35,917 nt of DNA, taken from positions 1 through 35,917 of the IMG/VR virus record IMGVR_UViG_3300043414_000339. One strand, 5' to 3'. Source of the DNA: a virus. Its lineage: Duplodnaviria; Caudoviricetes. Below, one piece after another: positions 33,020-35,917 of the stretch. The position numbers were made by a program, and so were the translations under genes. The stretch's first letter is position 1. Each line of letters opens with the position of its first letter. The notes beneath the pieces were generated by a model. The model was not told the origin of the DNA. It searched no databases and worked only from the letters and a program-made list of their open reading frames with translations.

Positions 33020-33367
33020 ATGATGACAAAACTAGACGATATATATTTTGGTGGCAGCGTGAAAAATTTCTTTGGCTTGCCAATCTTCAATCGGGTGAGA
33101 ACCTCTGACCCAATTACCAGCTATGAAGCCGCAGACTCAGCTAAAGATTTGGCATCCAAGCACTTTGGCATGATTGTGGACTGTTTAAAGGCTCATGGTG
33201 CGCTTGGAAAAGACGGGATAGCCCAACATAGCGGTCTAGATTCAAATCAAGTTGCAAGACGTTTAAACGAGTTGCACAACATGGAGTTGATTTGTCTGAC
33301 AGGACGCACAGTCAAATCTAAGTCTGGACGCAACGAGCGTGAGTGGGAAGTAAAAGGTGTTAAGTAA
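33020..33367 (+). CDS. Winged-helix DNA-binding protein
   Basis: RTSDPITSYEAA...IAQHSGLDSNQVARRLNEL...SGRNEREW. Confidence 0.75.
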   Translation: MMTKLDDIYFGGSVKNFFGLPIFNRVRTSDPITSYEAADSAKDLASKHFGMIVDCLKAHGALGKDGIAQHSGLDSNQVARRLNELHNMELICLTGRTVKSKSGRNEREWEVKGVK

Positions 33368-33455
33368 CGTACTTAATATTTTAATTGTTATGGCAATTGG
33401 TGGTTTGGTAACACTAATTGCTGTAATTTGCTTCATGTTATTTTTGGATGAATGA
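33357..33455 (+). CDS. 32-aa single-TM peptide (not in ORF track)
   Basis: GTG start; MLSNVLNILIVMAIGGLVTLIAVICFMLFLDE. Confidence 0.45.
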   Translation: MLSNVLNILIVMAIGGLVTLIAVICFMLFLDE

Positions 33456-33461
33456 CTTGAT

Positions 33462-33484
33462 TTGTCACGAACTTGGACTAAGAT
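33462..33484 (+). promoter_or_regulatory. Promoter with Pho-box-like half site
   Basis: TTGTCAC, 10 nt, TAAGAT. Confidence 0.4.
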
Positions 33485-33519
33485 TTCTTTGGCAATAGTG
33501 CCATAACAAGGGGATTGAC

Positions 33520-33840
33520 ATGATTAAGCTAGAAATCAGCATTGCTGAATACGATTGGATGGATGATGAGAAGGTTGTTATCGAAACCATTGATTTTGAT
33601 AAGGCACAAATCATTTATGAATTCATCGAGTTCCAAAAAGACTTTGGTTGGGCTGCTGACTACCAACTGAGCGATGAGTTCATTGATGCTCAGTGCGATG
33701 AAGAAGATGAAGTCAACGATGAAGACGATTCAGACGTTGAGTACGAAGACGAAACCGATGAAGACGAAGAATACGAAGAATACGAAATCGGAGAGATCGT
33801 AGAAGACGAAGATGGTTTGATCTGGAAGCGTGTGGCATAA
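33520..33840 (+). CDS. Extremely acidic protein
   Basis: 43 D/E in 106 aa; AAGGGGA RBS. Confidence 0.8.
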   Translation: MIKLEISIAEYDWMDDEKVVIETIDFDKAQIIYEFIEFQKDFGWAADYQLSDEFIDAQCDEEDEVNDEDDSDVEYEDETDEDEEYEEYEIGEIVEDEDGLIWKRVA

Positions 33841-33860
33841 TTTCCATGCAGTTGTCTTAC

Positions 33861-33887
33861 AAGGGGGTCTACGGACTCCCTTTTTTT
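33861..33887 (+). terminator. Terminator between convergent genes
   Basis: AAGGGGGTC-TACG-GACTCCCTT-TTTTT (UNCG loop). Confidence 0.8.
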
Positions 33888-34845
33888 ATACGTCGTAGAT
33901 TTTGCCCCTAAACTCTACTTGTCTTTCATCCCATTTATGCACTAATTCAGGCCATAACAGCCGACCATTATGGAATGTGAGGACGGAAAATCCGGAACGC
34001 CAGTTGGTTGGACTGTCTTCTAGGTAGTTCTCAAACTGAGGGCCTGTAGGCTCTGCCAGAGTTCCTGTATCCACGCCAAAGCGGTTGCCGTTGTAGTCGC
34101 TAAAGGGTGTCACCTTCAAGCTGTGCAAATGGCCTGTAACGATGCTTACGCCAGCATTGACAGCATTGTTATGGGTGGCATGAACGCCGCCTTTCCAACG
34201 GTGTTTAACAGCCACATCCACCGCAGGCCAACACGACCAACATGGATGCCAAGTCGGAAAATGGTCTTTCAGGGTAAAGCCTTTGACAAACTCATATTGC
34301 GGGGCATTCGCTGCCAAGCGGTTCTCAAAACGAGCATCATGGTTGCCCAAAGTCCAGATCAATTGACTGTTGTGTCTGGCTTTCTTAGCGGTGTCCTCGA
34401 TCTCTCCAAGGGCTATTTCACAGGCTTTCAGTTCTTGGATGACTGAAGGGGTGGAATCCCATCCAATGCGTGGGAAACGACTGATAGAAGCGCCATCAAA
34501 TACGTCACCATTGGCAATGATGGCTTTGGGTTGAAACTCCTTGATTGCCCAAATAAGACCCTTGAACGCCGTTGTGTGAATGCCTGGCCAGAAATGGGCA
34601 TCACTGAAGACAATAACTGTGCCATTCTCAATCCCCAACATCTTTCGAGCAGGGTTGTCGGGAGTCTTTAGCAATGGCCCTTGTCTTGTGGTTTCAAGGG
34701 AAACGCCTTTCCTCTCCTCAATCCGCTTTTTTCTGCGATGTACGTTGCGTATATCCACTCCAAGTTCTTCCGAAACTTTCTTTGCTGACTTCAACTTATC
34801 CCAAATTTCAATGAACTCTTTATCGGTGGTTTCTGGTGGCGGCAT
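33886..34845 (-). CDS. Calcineurin-like metallophosphoesterase with N-terminal HTH
   Basis: SDAH, NGDVFD, GNHD and GHLH motifs; SAKKVSEELGVDIRNVHRR HTH; GAGGA RBS before ATG 34845. Confidence 0.85.
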   Translation of the reverse strand: MPPPETTDKEFIEIWDKLKSAKKVSEELGVDIRNVHRRKKRIEERKGVSLETTRQGPLLKTPDNPARKMLGIENGTVIVFSDAHFWPGIHTTAFKGLIWAIKEFQPKAIIANGDVFDGASISRFPRIGWDSTPSVIQELKACEIALGEIEDTAKKARHNSQLIWTLGNHDARFENRLAANAPQYEFVKGFTLKDHFPTWHPCWSCWPAVDVAVKHRWKGGVHATHNNAVNAGVSIVTGHLHSLKVTPFSDYNGNRFGVDTGTLAEPTGPQFENYLEDSPTNWRSGFSVLTFHNGRLLWPELVHKWDERQVEFRGKIYDV

Positions 34846-34869
34846 ATTAGTCCTCAATGAGTTTGCCGT

Positions 34870-34903
34870 AACTTAAACAAAATCAATGACAAGCGGGTGA
34901 AAG
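34870..34903 (-). promoter_or_regulatory. Pho-box-like promoter
   Basis: CTTTCAC-CCGC-TTGTCAT, 10 nt, TAAGTT. Confidence 0.45.
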
Positions 34904-34931
34904 TTAAAGTAAAACGGCAGAATAACAACAA

Positions 34932-35396
34932 TTAAGCCACAAGTCCATTTAAATAAGTTGTCTTACCCGCAACCTTGGTGGCGGTCAATTCCTGTTTCTT
35001 CAAGTTGTTTGGGTCGTAAGATACATGAACCCATCCACTGTCAGGAACGCCTTGGGTGTAAAACTCAAGAATAAGCTGTGTGTACTCAAGGTTATCCATA
35101 ATCCACTGAGCCAGATCAGCATTAGCAACACCAACAATCTCGATGTCTGCCGCTTGACCCTTACAGTGGTCAGAAGTCTTAGAACCACCAACAGCAGCGT
35201 TTGACTCAGGACTGCGATAGCCAGAGTTAACAGTAACCGACTTGCCAAAGTGTTCACGCACAGGCTGAAGCACCTTCTCGCAAAGGGTTTTCAAGTTCTC
35301 AAGTGCCTGTTCATCAGGAGTATTGTCCAAGCCCAATCGAGTGGCAGTATCTGACTTAGTGAGTTCTTTAAGGGTAAAGTTGGCTGAAAGGTTCAT
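34932..35396 (-). CDS. Endolysin, peptidase M15A family
   Basis: LSANFTLKEL...SGYRS..N.AVGG..TSDHCKGQAADI...WVHVS zinc-peptidase motifs. Confidence 0.9.
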   Translation of the reverse strand: MNLSANFTLKELTKSDTATRLGLDNTPDEQALENLKTLCEKVLQPVREHFGKSVTVNSGYRSPESNAAVGGSKTSDHCKGQAADIEIVGVANADLAQWIMDNLEYTQLILEFYTQGVPDSGWVHVSYDPNNLKKQELTATKVAGKTTYLNGLVA

Positions 35397-35848
35397 TGTG
35401 CGTTCCTAGCGTTGTTGTACAGGGTGATGCAAGCATTCAGTTTGTTGATGGCTCTATCGCCTTCCTCGGCTATGGCGATAAGATGCTTTCCAACTTCTGC
35501 ACTAAGTTCGGCTGATGACTCTCCTCCACTATCTCCTGTGGGAGTGGTGGAATCTGCGGGGGTTGATAAGGCGCAGGACGTTTTGACAGGAATCCGCAAC
35601 CTGAGAGCGCCAGAGTCAATATCAGCATTGCGCTTTTGAGCTTCAAGTTTGGCTTTTTCATTTGATTTCCTTAGTGCATCAGCAGTGGTGGTTACAGCGG
35701 TGGCTAAAGCCTGTTCCTTGGCTCTAGCTTGGGTGTTTAAGCGGTCTACTTCAACTTGTTGGGCTTCTGCTTCAACGTGCTTGCCGTACCAATACCCACC
35801 GCCAAAGGTCAGCAATAGAACTATTACGCCAGACAGTAAATCACGCAT
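35393..35848 (-). CDS. Rz: i-spanin (Rz-like)
   Basis: N-terminal TM, coiled coil, G.LRLRIPV..C and EGDRAINKLNAC motifs. Confidence 0.8.
   Translation of the reverse strand: MRDLLSGVIVLLLTFGGGYWYGKHVEAEAQQVEVDRLNTQARAKEQALATAVTTTADALRKSNEKAKLEAQKRNADIDSGALRLRIPVKTSCALSTPADSTTPTGDSGGESSAELSAEVGKHLIAIAEEGDRAINKLNACITLYNNARNAQ
35470..35661 (-). CDS. Rz1: o-spanin lipoprotein (Rz1-like), embedded in Rz
   Basis: Basic N-terminus, hydrophobic stretch, lipobox LSGC, Pro-rich mature part; alternative frame inside Rz. Confidence 0.8.
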   Translation of the reverse strand: MKKPNLKLKSAMLILTLALSGCGFLSKRPAPYQPPQIPPLPQEIVEESHQPNLVQKLESILSP

Positions 35849-35917
35849 CGTTGGTCTTCCCACGGACATAGGCTTGTGCAGCCATGAAAGCCACCACAAT
35901 CGTTCCCATTGCGGCAC
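35662..35917. repeat. Terminal direct repeat, copy 2
   Basis: Matches 1-256. Confidence 0.95.

Noticed and set aside
1-35917. Stop-codon reassignment
   Set aside because: All core genes are intact in the standard code and TAA, TAG and TGA all serve as stops

Overview
The window is an apparently complete, circularly permuted tailed dsDNA phage genome of about 35.66 kb; nt 1-256 reappear at 35662-35917 with 9 substitutions. It is podovirus-like (no tape measure or tail tube; three ejection-type proteins). The host is Gram-negative (Rz/Rz1 spanins), probably a freshwater betaproteobacterium, which is an inference. The minus-strand late operon runs from about 23500 to 1 and wraps to 33886: TerS, TerL, portal, collagen fibre, scaffold, capsid, small basic proteins, tail adaptor/nozzle, fibres, ejection proteins, lysis genes and a metallophosphoesterase. 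Early/middle blocks are 23666-26439 (+), 26592-29453 (-; RuvC, lambdoid O/P-like replication) and 29564-33840 (+; Sak3, HNH, SSB-like). I found no integrase, CI-like repressor, DNA polymerase, tRNA or CRISPR array. The most notable observations are: (1) two otherwise unrelated small proteins flanking the terminase genes that share a 28-aa C-terminal tag; (2) a ~300-bp non-coding array of host-factor-like sites (two Fur-box-like sites, TetR-like palindromes, an exact XerD arm and a dif-like site); (3) several structured RNA elements; (4) Pho-box-like promoters; (5) an AUU-initiated gene; and (6) an EF-hand holin candidate. All family assignments come from motif recognition by eye, not database searches.
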